A stretch of 58,988 nt of DNA, filler included, from Dirinaria sp. TL-2023a (lineage: Eukaryota), in the NCBI GenBank assembly GCA_051941275.1. It is 5 parts of 5 records of this genome, joined end to end, with 100 filler letters (N's around TTAATTAATTAA, not from the genome) between each part and the next. Parts side by side here need not be neighbours in the genome. Positions count along the whole stretch, not along the records: positions 23,683 to 35,402 come from JAVEBF010000823.1; positions 35,503 to 47,201 come from JAVEBF010000825.1; 3 more parts are not named here. The stretch is one strand, 5' to 3'. This document shows, piece by piece, positions 24,476-36,052 of the stretch (position 1 is the first letter of the stretch; each line of letters starts with the position of its first letter). The notes beneath the pieces are model-generated. The model was given only the letters and a program-made list of their open reading frames with translations, made no database searches and was not told the origin of the DNA. The translations under genes were made by a program, and so were the position numbers.

Positions 24476-26473
24476 TCACTCCGCTCTGCGCCCCTCTCTC
24501 GCATGTTGGTACAGCAGGAAGCGATGCAGCCACAGGATATTGATGCAATTGACCACCAGGATCGGGACCAGATTGTACCACGGCAGACCCTGCACGACCC
24601 TGCGAACCGCGACGACGATGAACGCGCTCGTGTGCGCCCCCGTCCACGCCCACGCGAAAACGCGCATGTTCCTGTACCGACGGTTCTTCCGTGCACTACC
24701 ACCCCCGCCGACGGCCTCTGCTCCTCCTACTCCTCCTCCTCCGCTAGGCTTCCAGCTCACGTGATTGCCCGCGATCATATCCCAGAGCGCCTGCACGGAC
24801 GCGAACTGGAGCACGCGGTCGGTGTACTGCACGGAGAAGGTGTACCGGCCGTGAGACCAGATTTTCCTCGCCAGGAAGCCGACGACGATGATGGGGAAGC
24901 CGTAGAAGAGGTTGTAGTACTCGAAAAGATGCGGGCGGAGGAGCAGGACCAGCGGGGCGAGGGGCGGGAACACGAATGGTTCGATGGCGCTCATGATGTA
25001 GTAAGAGGCCCCGCAGAGATAGCACAGCTTGACCATGGCTCCCGTGTCGCCTGTCCAGAAATCGCGCCTGCAGACCAGCGACACGGAGCCGTGGCACCAG
25101 CGCATCTGCTGGCTGAAGAAAGCGCCGGGAGTATCGGGACATACGCCGCAAGCCAACGGCAAAGGAAGGTATTTAACGCTCCACCCGTGGGTGACGGCGT
25201 AGAATGAGGTGTAGATATCTTCCGAGCAGTCTACGGCAACCATACCGCCGATAGGCTCGAATGCAGAGCGGCGAAAGATTGCGTTGCTGCCCACACAGAT
25301 AGCGGCCCCCCATCGGTCGCGGCAAGGCTGCATGAGACGATAGGTGTACTGCTGAAAAGCACCGGCGCCTTGCTCTATCCAAGTTTGCGTGCTCTGAGAA
25401 CGGAAGAATTGCGGTGTTTGCAGGATGGCGCGTTTCTCATCCGCCAGCAGATACGGCATCGTTTCAGCGAAGAAGTCGGGTCGAGGACAGAAGTCGGCGT
25501 CGAAGACAGCGAAGAAGTCCCCCGAGCTCTGGGAAAACGCGTAGCGGAGGTTGCCGGACTTTTTGAGATTCGGTCGATTGGGACGGCAAATGTAATTGAA
25601 GTTGAAGTGCTTGGCCAGGGATTTGACTGCTTCGTCGCCGCCATCGTCAAGGACGAAGACGGATATTTTCCCCTTTGGATACTCAAGGGCAGAGATGTAC
25701 CTCCAGGTATTTTCCATGAGCTCCAAGGGCTCCTTGCAGATTGGAAGGTATATGTCAAGGCTTGGTACCTGCTCACCGTCTAAAGGATGGGCAGTCAGAG
25801 TCTTTTTGTGGTGGCTGAGGTCGAGTTCTTTGCCCATGATGGTGATGAAGACGACAGTGAGAAGGAAGAGCTCAATCACTGTTACAATTATCGCAAACCA
25901 GCAGTAGATTGCAGAGCCTGTGGCAAACCTCCAGGAACCGTACGCCAATACTAGCATCCCGAAAACTTCACAGACCAACAGAAAGAGCCGGTTCATCTGC
26001 ACGAAGCTCAATTTCTCCTTGTCTGTTGGGGGTGTCGGAAGCACAAGATCGGGTGGACTTCGAGGGCAATAATTCTTGCGGTATTGCTCGACGAATCTTG
26101 CCCAGCGTCCAGTGCATTTGGTTCGTGGCTTCTCTGCCTGTGCTTCGTCGGCATCGATTTCCTTTATTGTAGTCCAAAAGCTCGTCTTCCCAGGTGTCTT
26201 ATGAATTTTGGGTTGCTTTTCCGAAAATATAATTGGATGTAGAGGTGATTGAACCTCAACATCTTGTGTATTTGGATGTCTTTCCGCCCACAAGTCACGA
26301 CTAGGTAGTACCTTGGTTAATGTTTCAAAGTTCTGTCTTGAATCAGTAGGATGGTGGAAGACTTCAGCTCGAGGAAGGCGAGCAATTCGCGCGATAGGGG
26401 GCTTGCTAAGATAGACATTCTCGATAGTCAAGGGGGCCTCGGATGAGCTAAGATGACCTTCTTTCCGTGCCAT
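24476..26473 (-). CDS. Cellulose-synthase-like processive GT2 glycosyltransferase (BcsA/CesA-like)
   Basis: Single 665-aa ORF: two N-terminal TMs, LDIYLPICKEP, VLDDG, KSGNL, FDADF, QTPQ, VGSNAIFRR, SED, QQMRW (D,D,D,QxxRW signature), several C-terminal TMs. Confidence 0.9.
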   Translation of the reverse strand: MARKEGHLSSSEAPLTIENVYLSKPPIARIARLPRAEVFHHPTDSRQNFETLTKVLPSRDLWAERHPNTQDVEVQSPLHPIIFSEKQPKIHKTPGKTSFWTTIKEIDADEAQAEKPRTKCTGRWARFVEQYRKNYCPRSPPDLVLPTPPTDKEKLSFVQMNRLFLLVCEVFGMLVLAYGSWRFATGSAIYCWFAIIVTVIELFLLTVVFITIMGKELDLSHHKKTLTAHPLDGEQVPSLDIYLPICKEPLELMENTWRYISALEYPKGKISVFVLDDGGDEAVKSLAKHFNFNYICRPNRPNLKKSGNLRYAFSQSSGDFFAVFDADFCPRPDFFAETMPYLLADEKRAILQTPQFFRSQSTQTWIEQGAGAFQQYTYRLMQPCRDRWGAAICVGSNAIFRRSAFEPIGGMVAVDCSEDIYTSFYAVTHGWSVKYLPLPLACGVCPDTPGAFFSQQMRWCHGSVSLVCRRDFWTGDTGAMVKLCYLCGASYYIMSAIEPFVFPPLAPLVLLLRPHLFEYYNLFYGFPIIVVGFLARKIWSHGRYTFSVQYTDRVLQFASVQALWDMIAGNHVSWKPSGGGGVGGAEAVGGGGSARKNRRYRNMRVFAWAWTGAHTSAFIVVAVRRVVQGLPWYNLVPILVVNCINILWLHRFLLYQHAREGRRAE

Positions 26474-28625
26474 TCAACGAAAAATCTTAGCGTTGTGATG
26501 TGCGATAAGTGACATGGGCAAACGAAATGCGAATAACAAAGGTAAGATAAGCATTTCAACGAAAGGAGAGGCATTTTAAGATTTTTTCATCTCTTTATTA
26601 TTATCAAATCAAGTGAAACAGGGGCAAAACACCATCAATCTGAAGAAGCGGATCTTCTCCAGGAGCTTGCTACAAATTGAATCAGCAGTTAGCTGAGGAA
26701 TTGAGAAAGTATATCATGTTGATGGAAGGCCAAGACCCAGCTAATCAGACCCAGAGCTACTCAGAATTCCTTATTGATCCTGCGGTATCCGTGCTCGGTC
26801 GAAATACCGTAGGCCGAGTTTTAAATTCTGATACTGTGTGATTGGCTGCGGTCAGCTTGTCTTTCCTTATGCACACCTTCCGATGACTTTGTTGGTCGAC
26901 ATAGAGATTGGATTCGGGGTCGACCATGCGCGATTGCGGTGACGAAGAATATAGTGGCCTTACAATCAGTGCATGTATGATCCTGTATTGGTGCACCAGA
27001 ATGTCAACTCCTGCCATGAGTACGATGAATTAAACGACTGCATGAGAACTTTGCGGTGTCACTCTTGGTGTTCGTTCGTCGGCAAAAATGACTCAATTCG
27101 AGCCACAGCACACCCGAATATCGAATATCTCGGCCTTTCGTATGAGCGAGTTGGCGTGGCAGGCAGTAATCTGGAATCTCGGAGACTTGAGGGCATGCGT
27201 GTAGGCGTCATGCATGCACTGTCGATCAAATGTCCGTCATGCATCGATGAGTGGTAACGAGATCAGCTCGGTACTAGCATGTGCCGTTTAGAGCAGTTTA
27301 AGCTTTAAGTGCTTACACACAGTTACATGCATTTCACTGCCCCTAGCTCCAGCTACTCCCCTTCCGTTTTCGGCTGATATCTGGAGTGGGTGGGTGGGTG
27401 AAGAAAAGCCTTCGAAAATGCGATATGGGGGCAATTGAATCATTCCCTAAGAGGGATCCATATGACATGCCTGACTGCCAACGGAATTGCCTTTGAGATC
27501 AATATAGAGCAGCTAAGCTTCGTCTTGATCTGGGGAATCCCACACCGTTGCCGTCGAAGCATTGATATTGCCACTGGAGCGCATCTTAGGTAGCATAGCT
27601 GATATGCATGTAGTGCCATGAACCTGCATGAATGCGACGTGAGAGGAAGCCGAGGTCGACGTGACGCCTCTGGTCAAGTGCACCTCAATCAGCATCAGCG
27701 GTCAATTCCAACCTTTTTTTTTTTGTTTCTGGAAGTAATGCCACTTCACCCCACTCTCCCCCCGCACTGGTCATATCAGTGATTAGGAGGGCATATGAAA
27801 GGGTTTCTTGTTGGAGGTACATGATATGTGGACGATCATCATCATACGGATGGGGCAATGGAAATCTTTGATAGAGGAAAATAAGTAGTAATCTTACTTA
27901 TTGCAATGTACTCCGTAATGCGAGGTGGATAGGTAAGGTAGAGCTGGTCAAAGCCCTAGAAAAACCCCAGACCCCTAATTTTCAACTACCTTACGTCCTC
28001 GGTCATTCGGTCATGCTTTCCAAACCATACGTTACCTACCTTACCTACCTTAGGTATATTGAATACTTCTGTCAGATTTGTGAGGTAAATTGGGACTTTT
28101 ATATGTGCATTTGGAGCTCAATTGCCTGAAAACTAAAGGAAGAACTTTTTTGGGCAGTAAATACCCGGGGTCTGCTGACGAAGCTACAGTCTAACCACAT
28201 TTGCCAAACCATCCTTGGCATTTTGTTAGTAGTGGTGAGTTTTCTCAGTCTTACAACTTCCATTCTTACCCGGATGACGCGGTTTTGATTTGTGGAAGAG
28301 GGGAATTCAAAGTATTCGCATAATTAATGATAGCTGAATCTCAACACGAAATACTGGGATTTTCAAGGATACCTTTTTCGATCCTCTGAAGAGTGCGCTA
28401 TGCCGGTGCCCGGAGTTTTTTGTCCCGAATACGAAAATGGATGAAACAAGAGAACCCCATATGTGAAAGAGCGCAAATGACGATTAACGAGCAGAAGAGA
28501 CGAAGAAGAAGAAATAAGCTAGTTTGCTTACAAAAGGCTACGAGCTAGGTACATATGATAGGTGAGCTAACGACGCTACTAAGGTTACTGGAAAAATTTC
28601 TCTCTCTTACAGAGGAACAGCCCCT

Positions 28626-30095
28626 TTATGAAACCTTCACAACCTCCACAAACCCCATTCCACTCCCCTCGGGCGTTCTGAGAGACTTAACCTCCAACTC
28701 AGGCGATGCTCTCGCGAATAAAGCCTTCCAGTCCTCCTCAGTCCTCTCCTTCGCATTCATCATCGCCATCATCCATAGATCAATGCCAATCTTTAATCGA
28801 TCCTGCGTCAAGCTCTTTACGTCGCTCCATCGATCAATGATGGAGTCAATCGCTAGGATTCGACTACCTTTTTTCATAGCCGGGATCAACTGCTGGATCA
28901 TTTGGATGCAGTATGCGTCCGGCCAGTCGTGGAGTACCTGGCGGAAGATATAGACATCTGCGTGCTGCACCGGCTGCGGCGTGAAGATATCATGCTCTTG
29001 AAAGGAGACTCGAGAGGTGAGGGACTTTGGGAGTGAAGCCTCAAATCCAGGCCGGAGAGTGGGGAAATCTTGCACGATGCAGGTGATATTGGGGTTTTGC
29101 GACGCGATTTCGATGGATAAATGACCTACAGATCCGCCGAGCTAGGACACATGGTCAGCAACGTCTTCCGGTAGGGCAAGTCTAGATGATGAGCTTCCGT
29201 AGAGGGAATATATCGTAGATGAGGTTGAACCCTTACATCTACGACGGTCGCATTTCCTAAGCTAGCCCAATCGAATCCGCGCTGCACGTGTTCGACACGG
29301 TAAGGACCAGTTCCCTTAATTGCTTCCATGGCTTGGCCCATCCTCCTCATTCGAAAGCCCTTGTTTTCACCCTCTCCGTCCTCCAGCGCGAACCGAAAGA
29401 CGCAATCTTTATCATCATCAGGATTCAACCCCATGGCTATCCCATACCCACTCCTTGCTGGCTCTTCACTGGCCCCCCATTTGTCCAGTGCATCGACGAT
29501 CTTCGAGAGAGCTGGACAGGACTCCCCAGAATAAAACTCCATGAGAGGCTTGATTGCGGGAATTCTGACCGGCGCGGCCGAGCTAGCGGTATGAGCCACG
29601 AATCCTGGGCGAGGCTCGGTGAAGATGTGGTTTGTCATTGCTTGTCGAATAAATCGACGAACGCGATCTTCGGGCAGGTTCACTTTGGCCGCAATGTCTG
29701 CATAAGAAGCCTCCCCATCCAGCGGCACCGCAGAAAAAAAATTGAAATGCCCAAGAACCGAGAGCGCGGCTTGATCTCCCGAGAGCTTTTGCCGCCTGTC
29801 TTAGCTTTCTTTCGTACAGAACGGCTAAACTTCAAGAAAGGCATGGCATACGAACCGTCACCTGCTGGAACTTCATCCATTGCTCTGGCCCTGTGGCCAG
29901 ATGTTCAATAGATCTAGCTGCATCTATCAAGGCATTCCGAGCCTCCTGCAAGTCCCGAAATTCCGGGCTATCAGGTAGCTTCGCGGGACTATCAGCGGCG
30001 AAGCTCGGTAAAGGTAGGTTTCGCGTCGTCAGTGTGTCTTCGATTAACTTTGTTTGGGTCAAAATCTGTGCTGCTAAGTCGCTTAGTAACCCCAT
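28626..30095 (-). CDS. SAM-dependent O-methyltransferase (Methyltransf_2, OmtA-like secondary-metabolism type)
   Basis: Exons 30095-29856, 29785-29237, 29141-28626; VPLDGEASYADIA..FTEPRPGFVAHT, FDWASLGNATVVD|LGGSVGH, HDIFTPQPV..ADVYIFRQVLHDWPD, NAKERTEEDW. Confidence 0.92.
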
Positions 30096-33000
30096 CTTCG
30101 ATCGTTGGCTAATGTGGAGTGTCAGATAGACAAGTCGTCGCCCGGAACCCTGGCTGCAGCTAGCGGAGACAAGCCTGATCTCTTGGATGTGGGAATGAAT
30201 CTTTTTTATTGCCTTCTGTGCTTAGAAATTAGAATTGCGGTCAAAATCCCAAGTCTATGTAAGCAATATGTAGGGAAAATAGGTATTAGAAATGTCCGGG
30301 ATGAGACGGTTCAGGACTGCGTGATCCTTGGACTAACATGGAGCTAGGCAAGCCTGAGAGTACGCCATCCGAACAGTCTCCCTACTTACAGCGATTTCAG
30401 GTGACTTGGTATGCAGGATCTTTCGACATTCTACAACGCATCTGTAAGTGACGTCTTGAAGTGTTTCCTTGACGAGATGTCTTGGCATCAACCCAAGCCT
30501 CTTTGGTTGTCAGTAGTGCAATTGGCACTTCTCTTCTGTTATATTCGAGAAACCCTGTGCTGATCAAAGAAAATTCTCAACGACTTGCACACGCGAAGAA
30601 TCTAGCTTTCATCCGATATCGGAATGGCCCACTGCGAATCAGGGGTGACCGAGATGCAGAACGCATAGCTCGACTACCGTTCGTTCACAAGTAATTACTG
30701 TGTCATCAGACTCATTCTGATCTGCATTGGCGAATGACAGCTGCGCCTTCTTCGACTGCAGCAGTAGTCATCAGATGAGAGGTCACTTTTCATGCACGCT
30801 GACGAGTGAAGGTCCATCACGATTACTACGCGTGGTTCCAAAAGGCAACGAGTCAGAGATCTGCACGGATTCTCTCTTTTGCATGAGGTAAATGGAGGAT
30901 TGCCCTCTGACATAGTCCGGATGGTTTTTAAGGCCCCCCGTCCTGTCTGAAACCGTTGCGTGCTTATCTCCTAGCAGGTTGTAGGGCTCACGTCAGATCG
31001 TCTCACCGCCCTCAAGATACGCTGTAGAAATCTCTTTAACGACTATTCGTGTTCATGACCGGAAAGTTCTCTAATGACGTGTTGCGCTAAATCATGGATA
31101 ATGTGAAGCATCGCAGGCCTATGCGGCTTCACAAGTCAGCAGCTGGCTCTGAAATGGCTCGGACAGAGTTTGAAGCCGGTTTCTCCAATATGCATGCGCT
31201 GAATTTGAGGCGGATGCTCAGCAGAGATTACCAGTATTGACGATCTCTTACTATCTATTTCAAATCTTAAAAAAGCCTAGTAAAGCATACTATATAGCTG
31301 TATGTTCCTCCTCCCATATTTAATTTCTTGCTTCCGACCACCGTGCTTTGCATAAGCATCTCCTGTTCGGTTTTAATTAACTGACGGACCATTATGGCAT
31401 CTAAATGTGCGCTTCCTTATTCTCGTGGTATTAACTTCGGCTTCTCGGCCAGCGCATGAGCCTCGGAGTTGCAACTGCAACTAATCCAAACCCTTCCGCT
31501 ACGCGTTGGCGGTGGCTGACGGTACGGGCAACACTAGCCTCTCGACCAAGAGACGCAATCGACGTCTTGAAAGTACTATCAGGTCAGACAGCACTTAGCA
31601 TGAATTCTAATTTCTATCATGTTCACTATGTCTCCAACTAAATCGGTGGGTCGGCGGTCAAAGCACTTTGCGCTTCGGAGATTCGACATCCTCTGTATCA
31701 CCACGGCTATAAGTTGCACGAAATACAGCTCTGTTCCTTTTGCTCTTTCATTTTAATCCTCTCGGCAAAGCCGAAGAGTACCTTCGTGTTATTCTTTTCT
31801 ACGCATCATTGATCTAGGTAATTAGGCCCTTAGAGGTAGCTCTCCAGCCCCAGTCAAGGAAAATGAGAAAAACTTGTGATATTTGCATTCAAGCTGTCAC
31901 CGCATGAAACTTATCCCATGCATGTAAATTGTCTAGTCAGGTGGATCATTACGACCATCCATATGCTCCCGAGAACCCGCTTATATTGCAAGCAGAAGAT
32001 AAGAAAATATCATATAACACATTCTAAGGCGAAGCAAAGAGCGATATTAGACAGAGAAATTGAGATAATAGATCCAAAGATATGTACACATCTATACGAC
32101 ATTGTTTTGGCAAAATACCTTAAGTCGACCTTGGATTGACTCGCGTCGTCTCTTGAGTCGATCACCTCTTTGATCACTATTCTAGAAGACACATCTTTCG
32201 ATCATATCGCAGATTTCAGCTGCTCGTCACCAACTTAAACATCTTAATGAGTGATGATATCGAATTCAATCATTTCAAGATCAAAGATTCAAAGAAATCT
32301 GAATTATATGCCAGAATATAGACGAGCAGATTTAAACACCTCTACTGGATTTGTCCTCGTCTCCTCAATCTCTTCGCAAAATTAAATTTAAATCAACAAT
32401 ATTATCCTAGCCGTCACATTGTGGTAAAAACTCATTTGCACGATTCTTAAAATGCTTTGAGTAGCATGATCCGTCACTTGCTGGATTACAGAGCAACAGC
32501 TTTGCTCCTTACAAGTAGACCTAAACGTACGAAAGTCGAACTTTACCATAATCGATCGCAAGACAGCGATGTAATGGGACGCGAATCCTAGGCTACAGTA
32601 TGGCAAACGTGTCCACTGGCTTTTGCGCGGACGAGTTATATCTTTATAGCTCGCGAATACAATTGGATCAACGCACGTTGAAGACTGAAATTTACTTCAA
32701 CATGAAAAAATAGAATACAATCAGAGACTCAGCGTCTTATCTCAAGACCAGGACGTAACGAGATACGAATCCTAGCGATTACCGTACGGTGATGGTCCTG
32801 TTTTGGCACATCAGCGGAAAGCCGTGGAGATGAGAAGGCTAAAAGCGAAACTCTGGATGGCTCGCTAGAATACGATCAGTGAGCAGGCACAGAGGGATCT
32901 CATCTGATATGGCAGTCACAAATCAAAGCCATGAGTATAAGGATCATGTTCACCAGAATAGGAGATGGGCTCTACAGTATCAGAGCGCGGATTAAGGTCA

Positions 33001-34695
33001 CGTGGATAATCCGGGCGAATGAACTCTTTCTAGCACGGGAAGAAGATTGGATCAGCCCAGGTCGGGCGCATTGAAACGGACAAATGGCATTTCAAGAACG
33101 GCCGTACCGCAGGAACTCACGGTCGGTCGTTGACTGGATACAATCCAACGAGAACGCAGAGAGTGGAACCGGAAAATTCTCTCGAATTACCACGAAAACT
33201 CACTAATCACACAAATCAGTCGATCAAGAATGGGTTCGAATCAGTGAGAGGGCTGTTCTTCAAGATCGGAGGATGTCTCACCAGCATATGCTCGAGTGAG
33301 CAGCTAAAGCACAGAGTTCCGCTCTCTTTTAGTGAAAACAATTGGCTGATCTTGATGCGTAGACCCTCTGGAAGTCGTGACATAGAATTATTCGTCTCGT
33401 TCGTGTCCTATCAATACGAAGTGCTAATATTCGTTTGCAGAATTTGAAACAAGAACTTAAGCTGACTTCGTGAAATGGAATATGGGCGTTTGGGTGCTAT
33501 TGAGAGCTAATTAGCTTGCTTTGCGCTTTGCGCTTTTTATGAAGTCTTTAAAGAAAGCTATTCAATCACAAAAGGATCATGAACTCAAATCTCCGTCTGA
33601 AAAAACTAACTTCTGGTCTCAAGACATGCCGGACAATAAAGCTCGAAAGACGAATGGTACTCAGAACTTCGTCGATCATATGAATGACATGTCAAATGGG
33701 AGTGGTGTTTTACTTCATACTTGCTGTCCTGGAACGGCTCACAGACATCATGAACGCTTTGAGAGCGTTTCTTGACGATGGCAATGATCTTGTTTCACGG
33801 TGTTAACAAAAGCATCGCTGTCGCAGTGGCACCTAAGAAGCTTCATATGGTTCAAGACGCACACTTTTCAAAACGCTGCTGGGTGGTGTTAGATCTGAGG
33901 AGACCCTTGATGGTGAAGCTCTAAAAGAATAAGCAGCTTCCGAAATGCAATGAAGCTGATCAAAATTAACAAAGCTGGAAATCAGTTCTTCGTCTCGCTC
34001 TCATCGTAATACACAGAGATATTCCGCCGCCGCCGGGCACAAATCCAGGCGTGGTTGTATAGCAACAAATCCGTTGCTGAATTTTTCGACGCCCGAATCA
34101 ACAAGCAGCTGTCCATCTAGAACTTACAGCTATGATGCATGCCAGGACTGCTCCGATGAACAACAACAGACGGTCGTAGTATCTCGTCAGCAAGGCGCAT
34201 CTAGAAAAACCCCTGGACTCGGATAATGTGGGACTCAGTCGACTAGATATCGGCATTCATAAGGGATTAGAGGTAGGAGTATAATGTTGTTCAGCGCTGA
34301 CAGCAAAACGCTAACGGAGTTCTTATATCTCAGCATCGTGTTTGAGGTGTTAGTGATGAGGTCAAGCTCCGTCTGTGGTCCGATTCCGGAATGGGGTTCG
34401 TTGTCTAATTTTCTGGAGTTGCTGCGAATTCGTTGCGAGACAGTGCTGAATAGGGGGGAAAGTGTTGTGTTGGGACTAGCATCGATTGGTGTGCTTGATC
34501 TTTCGCGAATGCGACAAAGGCTAAGAGCTTGAGAGTGGACTGGTATATTCGATAGTACAGATTTTCTTAATTTTTTTTACTTTTGGCTTAATACTGAGCT
34601 GTTCTAACAGGACATATGTAGTTTGTAGAGGCTCTATCACAAAGTAGGCTCGGCTTACTAGGCGAAATATTTCCTGCCGCTCGCCTGTCAACCAA

Positions 34696-35174
34696 TTAGC
34701 GTTTTCAGTATCGTTGTCGCGGCTTGGCATTGGAAAAACACAAAAAAACACAGACTTTTTTGTATGAAGAATCGTCAAACATCTTTCCTGTTCACAACGT
34801 CATCGAATGAACACAGAATCAATCCGTAACATTGTTTCTGAAGTCATAACTAGTCTGTATATTGAATTTCATGAAGTTCAGATCTTATCGTTGTCGCTAT
34901 GATTTCGAAGAAGCAGAAGAGCATCCGTCTCGATCACACCTCATAAATAGTCAATAAGAACAGCGAGCGAGATCTGTGAACATCATGAAACTCAGTATTC
35001 AGACTAATTATGACTTGAGAAACAATGCTACGGAGCGAATTTGTGTTCATTCAACAGCGTTGTGGACAGGAAAGAGGTTTTGAGGATTCTCCATACAAAT
35101 TCTTATGGGAAAGTGTGTGTGTTTTTTTGTGTTTTTCCAATGCCAAGCCGCGACAACGATACTGAAAACGCTAA
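34696..35174. repeat. 479-bp fold-back (long inverted repeat) element, MITE-like or hairpin-RNA locus
   Basis: 34696-34752 is the exact 57-bp reverse complement of 35118-35174. Pairing continues imperfectly about 150 bp further inward (about 34759-34900 vs 34950-35099) around a short loop. No ORF. Confidence 0.9.
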
Positions 35175-35402
35175 AATCAGAATCATCATAAGCTCCTCGT
35201 TTCCACCTGCCTTAAGTGATGTCCGGCCATTTTCCCATCTCTTTCCTCTCACAAACGATCCTATATATTCTACAATTCGCAACAACTCGACTCAGAATGT
35301 ATTCCTCCTCACGTAGAATCATATTTCCTGCCCTTGAAGAGACCTTTACTACTATCTGACTCTTGGTCGTGAATTGGCTGCTTTGAGTCAAACTTGTACC
35401 TT

Positions 35403-35502
35403 NNNNNNNNNNNNNNNNNNNNNNNNNNNNNNNNNNNNNNNNNNNNTTAATTAATTAANNNNNNNNNNNNNNNNNNNNNNNNNNNNNNNNNNNNNNNNNN
35501 NN
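35403..35502. other. Artificial contig spacer
   Basis: N44-TTAATTAATTAA-N44. Confidence 0.98.
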
Positions 35503-36052
35503 GAGTTGGATTCCCCAGTCCGAGAAGGAATGGAGAGAAGGGAAGGACAGTAGGTGCCTTATATCTTGCAGTTTACTTTTACTATTACTCTTAGTAGCAG
35601 CAGTAGTAATGCGCCCCCACCAAACAAAAAGAAAAAAAAATCAACGCATGAATAAAGCCGTCCTTCTCCTCTGCTTCTCTCACTCTCCTGCATCTAACGC
35701 GTTCTTCTAGTTGAGATTAAATACCTACCTACCCACCTTCATATCCTTGGAAAGAAGCAGAAAAGAAAATTTCGTCAATTCATTTATTCCGTCATATGTT
35801 TGAAAATAGAAAAGCTACTTTGTGTTTTGGTCTTAAGATTTCTTGTCTGTCGCCTTAGATCAATGAATTTTAACCCTTCCCCCCCAGAATCTCCAAAAAT
35901 GTTTCTCTTTCTTCTGCAATTTCGCTTCTTCTTGGTTATTTCGCGGCTTCATCATATCGAGGTCTTCGGCCGCCCTAGATAGTCCCATGATGATTATGCG
36001 GGCTGGGTAAACGTCACGGGGTGGAAAATCTTTGAAACTGGAGGCTGAATCA

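Noticed and set aside
24476..30095. GT2 plus O-methyltransferase as a glycosylation-methylation module or biosynthetic cluster
   Set aside because: A processive membrane GT2 and a phenolic-type OMT have no evident shared substrate, and there is no PKS, NRPS or regulator on the contig.
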